A stretch of DNA of 64,000 nucleotides from the human T2T-CHM13v2.0 reference genome, Homo sapiens. Location of the stretch: NCBI RefSeq assembly GCF_009914755.1, contig NC_060947.1; one strand, written 5' to 3'. A program made the translations under genes and the position numbers. Under the pieces are notes generated by a model that ran no database searches, was not told the DNA's origin, and saw only the letters and a list, made by a program, of their open reading frames with translations. This document shows, in pieces, positions 1 through 15,469 of this stretch. How positions within the stretch are numbered: the stretch's first letter is position 1; each line of letters starts with the position of its first letter.

Positions 1-592
1 AATCCAAGGAATCTAAGGACTACAATAAAATGATACAGGAGCTGAAAGATGAAATAGACATTTTAAGAAAGAACCAAACTGATGTGATAGAACTGCAAAA
101 TACACTATAAAAATCTCATAATGCAATTGCAAGTATTACCAGCAGAATAGACTAAGCTAAGGAAGAACCTCAGATCTCACAGACTGGTTCTCCAAACTAA
201 ATCAGTCAGACAAAAATAAAGAAAAAAAGAATTTTAAAAGAACGAGCAAAACCTCTGAGAAATAGGGAATTATGTAAAGACATCAAATCTAACACTCATT
301 GGCATCTCTTGAAAGAGAGGGAGGGAATACGAGCAACTTGGAAAACCTACTTGAGGATATTATCCATGAAAATTTCCCCAAACTCGCTAGAGAGGCCAAC
401 ATTCAAAGCCAGGAAATGCAGAAAACCCCTATGAGATACTGTACAAGACAACCATCCCCAAGACACATAGTCATCAGATTCTCCAAGGTCAACATGAAAG
501 AACAAGTATTAAAGGCATCTAGAGAGAAGGGGCAGGCTACCTACAAAGGTAACCCCATCAGGCTAACAGTGGACCTTTCAGCAGAAACCCTA

Positions 593-1057
<465 letters not shown>

Positions 1058-4000
1058 TTACAAGAGGTCCTTAAGGGAGTGGTAAATATGGAAATGAAAG
1101 ACCATTACTGGCTACCACAAAAGCACAATTAGGTACATAGACCATTGACACTATAAAGCAACTATACAATCAAGTCTACATAATAACCAGCTAACAACAC
1201 AATGACAAGATCAAATTTGCACATATCAATATTACCCTTGAATGTAAATGGGACAAATGCACCAATTAAAAGTCACATAGTGGCAAGTTGGATAAAGAAG
1301 CAAGACCCAACTTCTTTCTTCAAGAGACCCATCTCACATACAGTGACACTCATAGGCCCAAAGTAAAGGGATGGAGAAAATCTGCCAAGCAAATGGAGAA
1401 AGAAAAAAAAAAACAAAAAAAAACAGGGATTGCTATTTTAACTTCAGACAAAACAGCCTTTAAACCAACAACAATTTTAAAAGACAAAGAAGGGCATTAC
1501 ATAATGGTAAATGGTTCAATTCAACAAGAAGACCTAGCTATCCTAAATATATATGTACCCAACACAGGAGTACCCACATTTATAAAACAAGCTCTGAGAG
1601 ACCTACAGAGAGACTTAGATAACCGTACAGTAATAGTGGGAGACTTCAACACCCCACTGACAGTATTAGAAAGATCATTGAGGCAGAAAACTAATATAGA
1701 TATTTCAGACCTGAACTTGATACTTGACCAAATGAGCCTAACAGACATCTACAGAACTCTCTACCAATTAAAAAAAAAACCCAGAATATACATTCTTCTT
1801 ATCTGCACATAGCATATACTCTAAAATTGACCACACAATTGGCCATAAAACAATTCTCAGCAAATTAAAAAAGAAAAACAGAAATCATACCAACCACACT
1901 GTCAAACCACAGCACAATAAAAATAGAAATCAATACCAAGAAGATCACTCAAAACCATACAAATAACCTGCTCCTGAATGACTTCTGGGAAAATAATGAA
2001 ATTAAGCAGAAACCAAGAAATTCTTTGAAACTAATGAAAACAAAGATACAACTTACCAGAATCTCTCGGGCACTGCTAAAGCAGTGCTAAGTACTAGATG
2101 CCCACATCAAAAAGTTAGAAAGATCTCAGATTAACAACCTAACATCACACTTTGAGGAACTAGAAAAACAAGAGCAAACCAACCCCATACTAGCGGAAGA
2201 CAAGAAATAACCAAAATCAAAGCTGAACTGAATGTATTTGAGATGTGAAAAAACATACAAAAGATCAATGAAATCATACTTGGTTTTTTGAAAGAATAAA
2301 TAAGATAGACCACTAGCTAGAGTAATAAAGAAAAAAAGAGAGAAGATCAAAATAAACACAATCAGAAATGACAAAAGGGGCATTACCATCAATGCAACAG
2401 AAATGCAAAAAAAAAAATCAGAGACTATCAAAAACACCTCTGTGCACACAAACTAGAAAACCTAGAAGAAACTGATAAATTCCTGGAAACATACAACCTC
2501 CTGAGACTGAGCCAGGAAGAAATTGAATCCCTGAACAGACCAATAATGAGCTCCAAAATTGACTCAGTAATAAATAGCCTGCTAAGAAACTAAAAAGCAC
2601 AGGACCAGGTGGATTCACAGCCAAATTCTACCAGATGTACATAGAAGAGTTGGTACCATTCCTACTGAACCTATTCCAAAAAGTTGAGGAGGAGGGGCTT
2701 CCCCCTAACTCACTCTGAGGCCAGCATCATCCTGCTACCAAAACTTGGCAGAGACAAAAAAAACTTCAGGCCAATATCCTTGATGAACATAAAAGCAAAA
2801 ATCCTCAACACAATACTAGCAAACTGAATCTAGCAGCACCTCAAAAAAGCTAAGCCACCACAATCAAGTAGGCTTTATCCCTGGAATGCAAGGTTTGTTC
2901 AATGTACGTAAATCAATAAAAATTATTCACCACCTAAACAAAACTAAAAACAACAACCACATAATCATCTCAATAGATGCAGAAAAGGCTTTCAAGAAAA
3001 TACAGCACCACTTCATGTTAAAAATCCTCAACAAACTAGGCATTGAAGGAACGTACTTTAAAATAATAAGAGCCATTTATGACAAACCCACAGCCAACAT
3101 CATACTGAATGGGCAAAAGCTGGAAGCATTCTTATTGAGAACCAGAACAAGACAAGGATGCCCTCTCTCACCACTCCCATTCAACACAGTATTGGAACTA
3201 CTAGCCACAGCAATCGAGCAAGAGAAAGAAATAAAAGGCATCCAAATAGGAAGAGAAGAAGTCAAACTATCCCTCTTTGCAGACAATATGATTCTATACC
3301 TAGAAAACCCCCATAGTCTCTGCCCAAAAGCTCCTTGATCTGATAAACAACTCCAGCAAGTTTCAGGATATAAAATCAATGTACAAAAATTAGTAGCATT
3401 CCTATACACCAGCAACATCCAAGCTGAGAGCCAAAACAAGAATGCAGTCCCATTCACAACAGCCCAAAAAGAATAAAATACCTAGGAATACAGCTAAACA
3501 AGGGGTGAAAGACCTCTACACTGAGAATTACAAAGCACTGCTCACAGAAATCAGAGATGACACAAACAAATGGAAAAAACATTCCATGTTTATGCGTCAG
3601 AAGAATCAATATTGTCAAAATGGTCATAATACCCAAAGAAATTTACAGATTCAATGCTATTCTTATCAAACTACCAATGACATTCTTCACAAAACTAGAA
3701 AAAACTATTTTAAAATTCATATGGAACCAAAAAAGAGCCTGAATAGCCAAGGCAATCCAAAGCAAGTAGAACAAAGCTGGAGGCATCATATTACCTGACT
3801 TCAAACTATATGTTAAGGCTGCAATACCCAAAACAGTATGGTACAGATCGAACAATGGAATAGAATAGGTAGCCCAGAAATAATGTCACACACCTATGAC
3901 CATCTGATCTTTGACAAAATTAACAAAAACAAACGATCTAGAAAGGACTTACTATTCAATAAATGGTGCTGGGATAGCTGGCTAGCCATAAGCAGAGATA

Positions 4001-4816
4001 ATTGAAACTGGGCCCCTTCCTTACACCATATACAAAAATTAACTCAAGGTGGATTAAATCCTTAAATTTAAAACCCAAAACTATAAAAACCCTTGAGGAA
4101 AATCTAGGAAATACCATTCTAGACATAGACCCTGGAAAAAAATTTATGACAGAGACACGAAAAGCAATTGCAACAAAAACAAAAATTGACAAATGGGACC
4201 TAATTAAACTAAAGAGCTCCTGCATAGCAAAACAGCAAAAGAAGCTATCAACAGAGTAAACAGACAACCCAAAGAATGGAGAAAATATTTGCAAACAATG
4301 TATCTGACAAAGATATATCCAGTATCTATAAGAAACTTAAACAAATATACAAGCAAAAAAACAAGCAACCCCATTAAAGAGTGGGCAAAGGACATAAACA
4401 GACACTTTTCAAAAGAAGACATATACATGAGCAGTAAGCACATGAAAAAATGCTCAGCATCACTGATCATTAGAGAAATATAAATCAAAACTAAATGAGA
4501 TACCATCTCACACCAGTCAGAATGGCTATTACTAAAAAAATCAAAAAATAAGAGATGCTGGTGAAATTGTGGAGAAAAAGGAACACTTATATACTTCTGG
4601 TGGGAGTGTAAATTAGTCCAGCCATTGTGGAAAGCAGTGCGGTGATTCCTCAAAGAACTTAAAGCAGAATTAGCATGCAACCCAGCAATCTCATTATTGG
4701 GTATATACACAAAAGAATATAAATTGTTCTACCATAAAGACACATGCACATGTATGTTCATGGCAGCACTCTTCACAATAGCAAAGATGTGGAATCAGCC
4801 TAGATGACCATCAACG

Positions 4817-4919
4817 GTAGACTGGATAAAGAAAATGTACGTACATGTCATGGAATACTATGCAGCACAGTAGACTGGATAAAGAAAATGTACATACATG
4901 TCATGGAATAATATGCAGC
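4817..4919 (+). repeat. Tandem duplication (period 53 bp) inside L1
   Basis: GTAGACTGGATAAAGAAAATGTAC...TATGCAGC at 4817-4866 and 4870-4919, 2 mismatches. Confidence 0.9.
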
Positions 4920-5633
4920 CATAAAAAAGAATGAGATCATGTTCTTTGCAGCAACATGGATGGACCTGGAGGCTGTAATCCCAAGCAAACTAATGCAGGG
5001 ACAGAAAACCAAATGCTACATCTTCTCACTTATAAGTGGGAGCTACACATTGAATACATATGGACACAAAGAGGGGAACAATAGACACCAGGGCCTTCTT
5101 GCGAGTGGAGAGTGGGAGGAGGGTGAAGATCAAAAAACTACTTATTGGGTACTACGTTTATTACCTGGGTGATGAAATAATATATACACCAAACCCCTGT
5201 GACACACAGTTTATCTATAGGACCAACCTGCACATGTACCCCAGAAACTAAAATAAAAGTTTAAGAAATGACTTTGAGCCCTGTTTCTGTTGGTACTCTT
5301 CATGTCATGGGCATTTTAGGGAAAAAATATAAAAATTTTAGTTAACTCTTTGTCTTACACTGTATGCCAAAATCTATACCAGATTAATTGTAGATTTAAA
5401 AATAAAAATGAAACCATAAAAGAACTAGAAAATATATAAAGAGTTACCTATAATATCACATTAGGGAAGGCCTAAGTAAGCATGACACTGAAGGCAGTAA
5501 CCATATAGGAAAAGATTATTAGGTTTAACTACATGTAAGGAAAGCTTTTCACACCCTTTGACCCAACAGTGTCATTTCTAATGACACATCCTAAAAAACC
5601 TTTGGACAAGTGTATAAAAATGTACATATGTGG

Positions 5634-6060
<427 letters not shown>

Positions 6061-7669
6061 TAGTGAAAAACTGGACCCAATCTAAATATTTATCAAAGAT
6101 GATTAAACGCTGATGCATCCATATTAAAAATTACAATGTAAAAATGTAGTTATTGACATAAAAAAGGTTATCAAATGACATTTTTCATCTGATCCCATTT
6201 TGTAAAAATACCTATTTATATACATAGAAGACTTCTAGATGTGCATGAAATGTTAGTAGTGATTATTTGGGGGTGCTTTAATAAGCTCTTTTTCCTTTTG
6301 CTCCTCTTTTGTATGTATATACGTATGTATGCATGCGTTTATGTATGTGTAAGGAGTAGGTATATTTTGTATGAAAATAATAGAAGCTTAAAAAGATTTT
6401 AAAATTTCCATTTCTCTCTTTTCACTTGTGGATTTAAGTCAGACCTTCTCCAGGAAGCTATTTGTTCCCCTTAAGTGGCCAGTATAATTCCTGAAGCCAC
6501 TCCCTCATCTTTTGTATTTCCCTATTCAACTGTAAGTTCTTGAAGGTAGAGTTGTGAGTTGCGTTTCATTATTTACTGCCTTCCATACACATACTCTGTA
6601 AGGACTGGTTGGCTGGTGATGGCCTGATTTCTTCAAAGTCTGCTTTTGAAGTCTGATATAACAGTGCTTACCCTTAACCAGCTGAAACGGTCAAAAACTT
6701 GGTCCGGGCCAGCACACCTTTGCAAAGAGGGCAGGGTAGCCATAATGGCTGTCTTCCTACTACTCTCCTAGGCTGTGGTGGCTAGCTGGCTGATAGAGCT
6801 GAGCCCTTTCTGTGTAAATCTTTCCCCGAACAGCTTTCTTGTTCAAGAAAAAGGCGTTTCTCAGGTTGAGTCGCTGCCTCATATCATTAATGTCTATGTA
6901 GTTGTGCTTTCCTCTCAGAACTTCCAAGCACATTTTCAAGAACTCGCAATGCTGTTAAAAAAAAAATTCATAAAGGATGGGTAACAAAGAAAGAAGACAA
7001 AGAACTGGGAGGAGAGGAGAGGAGAAGAGAGAAGGAAAAGAGAATTGAGATTCATGACCTTAAGTACAGCAGGTTGCTCCAATCTAAAACATCCCCTGGA
7101 CATAACAATAGCTACTGTTGCACATGAAATTACTTTGCCAGAAAAGTCTACACAGACATTGGTTTTTCAAGGGACCTGTGAAAGCTCTGATGGCCACTCT
7201 GGCAGCCCTCCAGGTTAGAGACTTTACTGATCTCTAATAGGGCCTGCTCTTATAGTTAGAGATCATTCCACGTTTGTTGCAAATATCAAATGAGATGATA
7301 AATGGAAATATGTTTTATAAACTATAATATTGAAATGCTTGGTGTTCCTTTTGTAAGCTCTTGAGGGCACTGACAGTGGTTTAATGTATAACTGTGTCTT
7401 CATGGCAGTTTGGAACAGATTTTAAATACCTGTATTTAAAGAAAGTCAAATCCGTATACAGAATGAAGAGAATTTATTTCCTAGAAGGGAAAAAAAAAAT
7501 GACTGTCTGGGAGCGACCTAAACTGTTTGGGGAGTTGCGGTCACCTAACTATGTTAGAAACACCTTGGGTTTTCTAAGTACCTTCAATTGATTAGAATTA
7601 TTTTCCTTAGAAGTAATTTCCAATAAAATGCTTGTGATTTCACTGCCAATGAAATGGTTGACATGTCTT

Positions 7670-7992
7670 ATTTTATTTTATTTTATTTTATTTTATTTAT
7701 TTATTTATTTTTGAGATGGAGTCTCGCTCTGTCACCCAGGCTGGAGGGTAGAGCGTGATCTTGGTTCACTGCAAGCTCCACCTCCCAGGTTCACGCCATT
7801 CTCCTGGCTCAGCCTTCCAAGTAGCTGGGACTACAGGCGCCCACCACCACGCCCAGCTAATTTTTTGTGTTTTTAGTAGAGACGAGGTTTCACTGTGTTA
7901 GCCAGGATGGTCTTGATCTCCTGACCTCGTGATCCACCCGCCTCGGCCTCCCAAAGTGCTGGGATTACAGGTGTGAGCCACCACCCCCGGCC
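7670..7992 (-). mobile_element. AluY with (TTTTA/TTTA)n tail
   Basis: Reverse-complement Alu; flanking GACAT(G/T)TCTT TSD. Confidence 0.9.
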
Positions 7993-8213
7993 GACATTTC
8001 TTTTAAAGTGTCCATTAACTTATAGTAAATTACAATGGAAATGCATGTGGCCCTCAAGAGTGTATTATGGTCAAACTTTTAATAAGTAACAAATTAAATC
8101 ATGATAAGGAAGTGACTAAAAGTTAAACACTGCTGCTCTGCTCTTTCCATGAAAATGACCCTTTGCTCCTTCCAAGTTCAACACGAGACTTCATATCAGA
8201 TTCTCACCTGAAC

Positions 8214-8280
8214 GCATGACTCTTCAACCTCAGGACTTGCAGAATTAATGGAATGCTGTCCTAAGGTTGTTGAGTTGTGC
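8214..8280 (+). ncRNA. MIR676: pre-miRNA hairpin mir-676 (5p about 8221-8241, 3p about 8256-8276)
   Basis: Arms TCTTCAACCTCAGGAC and GTCCTAAGGTTGTTGAG base-pair; matches my recollection of mature miR-676-3p CUGUCCUAAGGUUGUUGAGUU; MIR676 is known to lie in an EDA intron. Confidence 0.92.
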
Positions 8281-8574
8281 ATTTCTGGGCATTTCATCTC
8301 TATGGGGAAGTACCCATTCCCTCACCCCAAAGACTGAAGTAGAGAGATTTTTCTCCCTAGGGAAGAATCTTCCTTGAAACTTTTGTGGCCTCAGGAGTCA
8401 GAAGACAGAATGGGGAGGTTTGATAGTTGGATCCTTGCCAAAAGCCTGACCCTTGGCTGTGAGACTCCCTCAAATTTGCAGTGTCTTGGGGATCCCTCCT
8501 AGTGACTATCTTAGAAAATAAACATTTTCTGTTCATTTCCAATGACTTAATTATCTATTTTATTTTTCTTATAG

Positions 8575-8598
8575 GCCCAGTTAAAAACAAGAAAAAGG
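8575..8598 (+). CDS. EDA: EDA coding exon 3, 24-nt micro-exon (G)PVKNKKK(G)
   Basis: ttttcttatag acceptor, G|gtaagt donor; joins in frame to the collagen exon to give GPVKNKKKGKKAGPP of ectodysplasin A. Confidence 0.93.
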
Positions 8599-8825
8599 GT
8601 AAGTTCCTGACTTTATAAAATTGCTGTCTTGTCATATATTTTCTAAAGTTAGAAGAAAAAAATCAAGAGTGCGATTTTTGTATTATATTCTTTCAGCATT
8701 GTCTGTCTGTTATTTTATTCAATCATATGTTATCTTCTTGAGTATTGTAGTTTCTGAAGAACAAGAAATCATTCTTCAGTGATGATTCACCTCTTTCATT
8801 CTTCCTTGTTCTTCTCCCTGCCCTT

Positions 8826-8994
8826 CTTTTTATTCTTTTTTTTTTTTTTTTTTTTTTTTTGAGACGGAGTTTCACTCTTGTTGCCCAGGCTGGAATGTAA
8901 TGATGCAATCTTAGCTCACTGAAACCTCCACCTTCGGGGTTCAAGCGATTCTCTTGCCTCAGCCTCCTGAGTAGCTGGGATTACAGGCACTCGC
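8826..8994 (-). mobile_element. 5'-truncated Alu (right monomer)
   Basis: Poly-T followed by right-arm sequence only. Confidence 0.85.
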
Positions 8995-11900
8995 TTTTAT
9001 CCTTTTTTCCTCCTTTATCAAATCAGTGATTGAGTGTGAATGAAATCCTGTGTCACCATGTAGGAACTAGATACGCTACCTATCAAAAGATGTCAGTACC
9101 CTATTTCTTGGACTTAAAGCTTCCCTGATTTGATTTCCCAAAGAGTCAGGGAAGGTATTTCTTGCTTTGAGGATTCAATATCATTTTCTCTGTAATGAAA
9201 AAGCTATTCTGGAGTAGTACCCTGACCATTTAGTCTTTTCAAAGCAGCTTCCATTGTGCCGTTGTTGGGTCAGTAAGTCCCCAGTGTACTTGCAATGAAA
9301 CTGGCCCTAGGGCATCTACAAGTGCTCACTTACTAAAAGAGGAGAATCAATCCAAAGACAGAACAGTCTCCAAAGACAGGGCCAGGCAATATGGTCTACT
9401 TCTTAGGACTGAAAGAACCAATTATGAAACTAGTTAAAGCACCTGTTTGTTTCTGGGTTCTGACCTGGGAGGAAGACAGAGTAAAACTAATGATTGTTCA
9501 TTAAAATGCTTTAAGTGAAATGATGCTGTGTGATAAGATTTATGGAGCTTTATAGAATAGATTGTCAACCCCGGACTAGGCCAAAAAGACTGGCTTCAGC
9601 TGCAGTCTGCCACTTCTTTGAACACTAGGGTACTCTGGTGCCTTGAGGTATCATAGTCCACATGGAAAAGTTGTGTGCCTGTTGTAAAGAAGCTGAGGAA
9701 TGGCCTGGCCTCCTGAGGGCCTGAACTGAGCAAGGCTGGAAAACAGCCAGGGAGCTGGAGTCAGTGAGGAAACCTTTCCCTGTGGGGCCTGGGCACTTAC
9801 CACCAAGATATTCTGTCTTTTAAGAAAGTAGATTTGATTTTCAAACATGTAGTTCTTAACTCTTGTCATATCCCTTTAAAACAGAAATTATAACTCAGAT
9901 CATTGCCTGGCACTGCTACCTTGTGTACGGGACATTATTGAGAAGACAGTGCACATAGGCTTTAAACATTTACTTTGGCTGAAAGTTATTTAGAAGCCAT
10001 TTAATATGGATTTCCTTGGACATGGTGAATAGGCACATGCTTGAAGAGGTAAATTGAATTGTTCTCTTAATTTTCACCCTTTAATGGAATTTTCCTCCTT
10101 CCACAACTCTCTCTCACTCACTCATTCACTCACTTTTGGTTGTTCTTTGATTTTGGGCTTAGCTAAAAGGTTAAGGAAATACTCCTTTGATGAAGTTTAG
10201 CTTTGAAAGGAATGTGTATATTCTTTCATCTAACACTACATAGGGTATGTTTCTAAGTACAAACGTCTCTGGGCTTTTATATCATGAGGTGTTCTGTTAA
10301 AGTAAGGAAATCGAGAGAAGGGAGTCAATCCTCTGAAGTTATCCTCTTGCTCCAGGGGTCATTTTGTACATTCTCTTCTCTGGGCCCAACTTTGTGTAAG
10401 TATGCAAGTGTGAGAAGCTCACTTGCCTAACCCTTGTTGCAGAGAAGCAGAGGACCAGCTGCAGAACTGGAACAAAGCAGGAGTTTTTTTTTTTCTCAAA
10501 TGCCTTCTAACATTTTCATAAGTGAACATTCTCTGTTTTCACTGCAACCATTAGTCTCTTGGACTGGAGGAGTTTCTGGCTCTAATTCTTCCAAAATTAC
10601 ATTAGCAATTACAGGAGACTCACATTCTTGAAGGTGAAGTTTGTGCTACCCACAGAACACCCTCTAGCTTGAAAATCACTGTTAGGCTTGGAAATCTTGG
10701 GACACAGGACAGCCTAATATGCACCAACTTCTGTGTCTGTGCCACCTAGAAAATAAGGAGGGAGAAGCAAACCTTACAGCCAGGCTAAGAAAGCTTCCTG
10801 ACTGCAAGGGGTAAGCCACCCCTCCTTATAGAAACTCAGTCTCATGAGGAAACAGAGAAATCATTGAGGCCAAGCTCCTTGTTTCACAGATGTAGAAACT
10901 AAGGCTCAAGGAGAGGAAGGGATTTGCCCAAAGTGTGTCTGTGGCAGAGCTGGGGCTTACATCCTTATCTCCTGAGTACAGATTTTGTGTTCTTTCCACT
11001 ACACTAGCTGGAATTGAAACTTGGGCTCTGAATAAGCCTGATTTGGAAGCTGCCCAAATCTGAAAGGAGATGGTTTTCCTGTTCAGCATCTTGAAATTGG
11101 CTAGATCTAGAAACGGGGCAGATCCAATCTTTTGCTGCTAAGTGCAGAGAAACCTCTAAAGCTCATGCCTCTAGGTCTTTAAGGCTACAGGGACTCTTCT
11201 GGGAGAGATGTTCTCTGGACCTTCCTTTCCTTCCTTTCTGAGGAAGAGACCCCACGATGACCCCATGGTTTCATTCCAAATGCAGATGTGGTTAGACATA
11301 GACAAATGGCCTCTTGAGTGGCATTGCCATGAGGATTGGGTTTCTTGGCCATGAGGCATTGTTCTTAAGGGAGGACCTGATAAATCAGGACAAGATTCTC
11401 CTGCCTAAGTGTCTGGGGAGCAAGAAGTCAGAGTCAGTAAGAAGGTTTTTAGTGAGACTAGAGAAGGTTGTATTTAAAACTAAGAAACTACCTCAGGTGA
11501 AGACATTGTGATGAAGTCTGGAAACAGGCTTCCATTCCTGAAACTTTCCATAAAATTGTGAGAAGGTGGTGAAGGAAGGAAGAAGACCTGTGCCTACATG
11601 TAGTCTTTGAGTGGAGCTGCACAGAGCAGAGGAAGTCAACAGGAAGAGCTGGAGGTTTTGGTTCAAGACCACAGTTATGACTCATTTAAGATAACTACAT
11701 CCTGGTGGGAATGTTGAAAGGACTGGAATATGAAATAGGAGGGTCGAGATTGTTCTAGAAGGATAGCAAGGAGGAAAGGGGGAAGAGTTGGTGGGCATGA
11801 TTAATAATACATTTGAGAATGGGACTTCTGAGGAAAGACTTTGGGAAGCTGGATTATTTAGCCTATAGAAATAGGGGTTGGTGGGTAACTTAATTTCTTT

Positions 11901-12865
11901 TCATATATAAGGATTATTATGTATATGTATATTCTTCTCTGTCTACACAAATAGAATAAGAGCTTAAACTGCCACAAGAGGGACATCATTTAATATACCA
12001 GAGAACTTCCTAACAGTGAGCAGTGAGGGGCAATAAACATTGGAACATGTTACTATGGAGTTTGCAGAATTTCCTTTCCCAGAGATCTTTTAAAATAGAG
12101 TTTACAGAGGTCAGCTGAGAGAGTGAAACTTGCTGCCTCCTCCTCAGCTCCCTCTACTCTCTGTCTCTGCTTCTTTCCTGTTTCTCAATATCTCTCTCTC
12201 TCCCTCCTCCTCTTTCCGTGCCCCTCTTCCTCCTTCTCCATTCCCCCATCTCCAAAACTCCTTCCCATTCCTCATTCCCGACTAGCACTGTCCCCATCCC
12301 AACCCCCATTTCCTGTACATCCTGACTCCTGGAGGAACCTTCCTGGAGCTGATACTGTTCCTAAGGCCAGGCTGTACGGCTTCCTCTTGTTATCGACATC
12401 AAGTCCACCAAACTGGGCAGTAAACATAAAAGCTCCACATTCTTCAACAATAGCCCTTTCTAAAAAGAACCACAAAGTGACCCATAGGTCTAATCACTTG
12501 GTAGAGAAATTCTCATCCTTTGGACTCAGCTGAAATGTAACCTCCTTTTTGAAACCTTCTCTGACCTCTTCAGCATTTGGTCCCTACCCACTAAGGTAGC
12601 ACTTCTACTATCCCATGACTGTGTCTGTTTCCCCACAGACACAGACTGATCTCCTGGAGGGCCACTTATTTCTATATGCTCAAACCTAGCTTTGTAAATG
12701 CATATTCACAAAAGGGAGTGGGGGGAGGGGAGAGAAAGCATAAGACAGACGGAGACAGGGAGACAGAGATGTGTGATAAAGGTATCCAACTCTTTAGCAG
12801 GGCCTCCCAGAGAGCTGACTTTGTGTCCTCAGAAGTCTGTAGAACTCCTGACAGTACACTCATCA

Positions 12866-13205
<340 letters not shown>

Positions 13206-13209
13206 TCAG

Positions 13210-13389
13210 GAAAGAAAGCAGGACCTCCTGGACCCAATGGCCCTCCAGGACCCCCAGGACCTCCAGGACCCCAGGGACCCCCAGGAATTCCAGGGATTCC
13301 TGGAATTCCAGGAACAACTGTTATGGGACCACCTGGTCCTCCAGGTCCTCCTGGTCCTCAAGGACCCCCTGGCCTCCAGGGACCTTCTG
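13210..13389 (+). CDS. EDA: EDA coding exon 4, collagen-like Gly-X-Y domain
   Basis: tttttcag acceptor, G|gtgagt donor, 180 nt; [41 protein letters not shown]...GLQGPS. Confidence 0.97.
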
Positions 13390-14856
13390 GTGAGTTCCCC
13401 TGTCTCTCCACCCCACCAGGTGCCTTTAAAGTACTTTAGGAGAGCAGGAGTGGGTGATCCTGAGAGCAGTTTCAAACGGTGGAGATGGGGTTGGTGTGCA
13501 ATAAGGGATGCAGATCTCCTAGCCCAGTGTAAAACTAGGAATTGGACAAGCCAGTAGGGCCTGGCCTGCTCTAGCTTCTTATATCTACCAAACTGTCAAG
13601 GACAGGCCACCTGTTCTTGCCCCATCTCAACCCTTCTGTTACAAGCCCTCCCTGACTCTTGGCCTCCCTGTAGTGGACCAGTAAAACTCATATGAGCCAG
13701 AGACAGAGGCCCTGGTGGTTCACAGGAGTTCCAGTGGGGAATAGATGTAATCTTCTGTGATTCCCAGCATCTAGCTCCACATGCTGATGTTTGCATAGAA
13801 ATAGGCTATGGAGTAGAAAGTTGAGGACTGAACAAAATGACAAGCCCTAGGATAGTTTCATCTTGTGAAGTCTGAAGTGCTTTTCCCATAGCAAGTAGTC
13901 ACTAATGGTCAAGAAGTTAGAAACTTAAGAGTCACTCAGGCTGTGGATGAAGCAAACCCAGGCACCAAGGCTGTCCTGTCCGGGAACCAAGTGCTTCTTG
14001 CACTAGATCCTTACCCTACCACACTTGCCATTCAAATGTCATTTCATCCCTTTGCATCTTTCTCCTTAAGCCCTGAAGGGCATCCGAAAGGTATGAATGC
14101 AGATCCAAACCTGCCTAATTGGAGTTGACAAGAGTCAGACTGCCTGGGCTAATGTCAGTTGTTATTTCTTTCTCCTGCTCCTCACTCCCCTGCCCTGTAT
14201 CTTGGGGCTTTAAAGAAATGGACCCTTACAGCTGATTTCTCCAGGGGCAAGAATTCTGCAGCAGGATTCAGATTCTTTAACTTGTACTTCACACAGGGCT
14301 CAGCAGTGTTACCATGGCCACAAGAGATGGAGTTAGAGATTTTTTTTCAACCAATCATTCCTTAAATATTGAGCACTTTCTGTATACAAAGAGATATATT
14401 GATACATGGTCCCTTTTCTTATAGAGTTTATCTCCTAGAGGAAGAGAGAACAAAGAAACAAGATATTTACAAATAGCAGTGGGCTCTATGAAGAAAATTA
14501 ATAGAAAGGGAGCAAAACACTAGAGAAGCCAATGCCATTGCCTCAGGGTCACACAGTGATGGGAATGCTCTCTCATTGTTCTCCATGGGTGCCCGGTGGG
14601 GCTTGCCTTGGGCTAATATTGGCCAGAGGCAATACTCAGAAGTTTCCCTGCTGGGTGCTGGGCCCACTGAAGATGAAGGTCAGGGCAGGAAACAGAAGGG
14701 GTGCACTCTGACTCTTCCTCCAGCTCTGAGCCCTGGAGAATAAAGCTCAGACAGGGCTGGCTGCAGGGAGCATGGCTCACCACCACTAGCTGCTCAGGTG
14801 AGGGGAAAAGGAAGTCAAAAGATTATGCCCTCTGATTGTCCTATCCTATTTTGCAG

Positions 14857-14891
14857 GTGCTGCTGATAAAGCTGGAACTCGAGAAAACCAG
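14857..14891 (+). CDS. EDA: EDA coding exon 5 (GAADKAGTRENQ)
   Basis: ttttgcag acceptor, CAG|gttggc donor, 35 nt, frame-consistent. Confidence 0.93.
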
Positions 14892-15469
14892 GTTGGCTGG
14901 GGATTGCTCTCTTCCTGGGTAGGAGGGAAAGCCACAGGCTAGAGCCACCTTTAAATTAGCTTCTTATTAGATTTCCTGAGGCTTTATTTCATGAGAACAC
15001 CCCGGAGATTCTGACGGTTTTCACTCACAGCCCCCTCCCATCTCTATGAATAGAAAAGCTTTGCCCCAGGGCATGTTTTTAGCTAAGGAAAGGGTGTCTT
15101 GCCAGGATCATTTTTCCTCATTCCACAGGAGACCCCAGGTTCACCATAGCCAGGCCCAGTAGTCAGCTGAAATAAGCTGCCAGTCAGACCTATTCACCTG
15201 AGCCTCCAACTCCCCAACCACCCCAGACACCTTGCCGGCTCTCAGACCACCTGGGATCCGGAGCTGAAGAGTTGAAGAGTATGTCCTTGAAAAACAGCCA
15301 ACCAGCTCCAGGCCCAGCCTAGCCTGGGCGTCTGCCTTAATGGCCTGAAGAGCTCCTCCCAGTCTTTGAGCTTCCTAATCTGTCTCTATTGGCAGGTTCT
15401 ACTGCCTTGCCTTGTCTCATCTCAGCCTCCCTTGCTACAGCTGTGTGGCCACAGTGATAAATCTACACA

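Noticed and set aside
13206-13557. Alternative-frame and antisense ORFs over the collagen exon ([10 protein letters not shown]...)
   Set aside because: By-products of Gly-Pro codon periodicity; they run into intron sequence.
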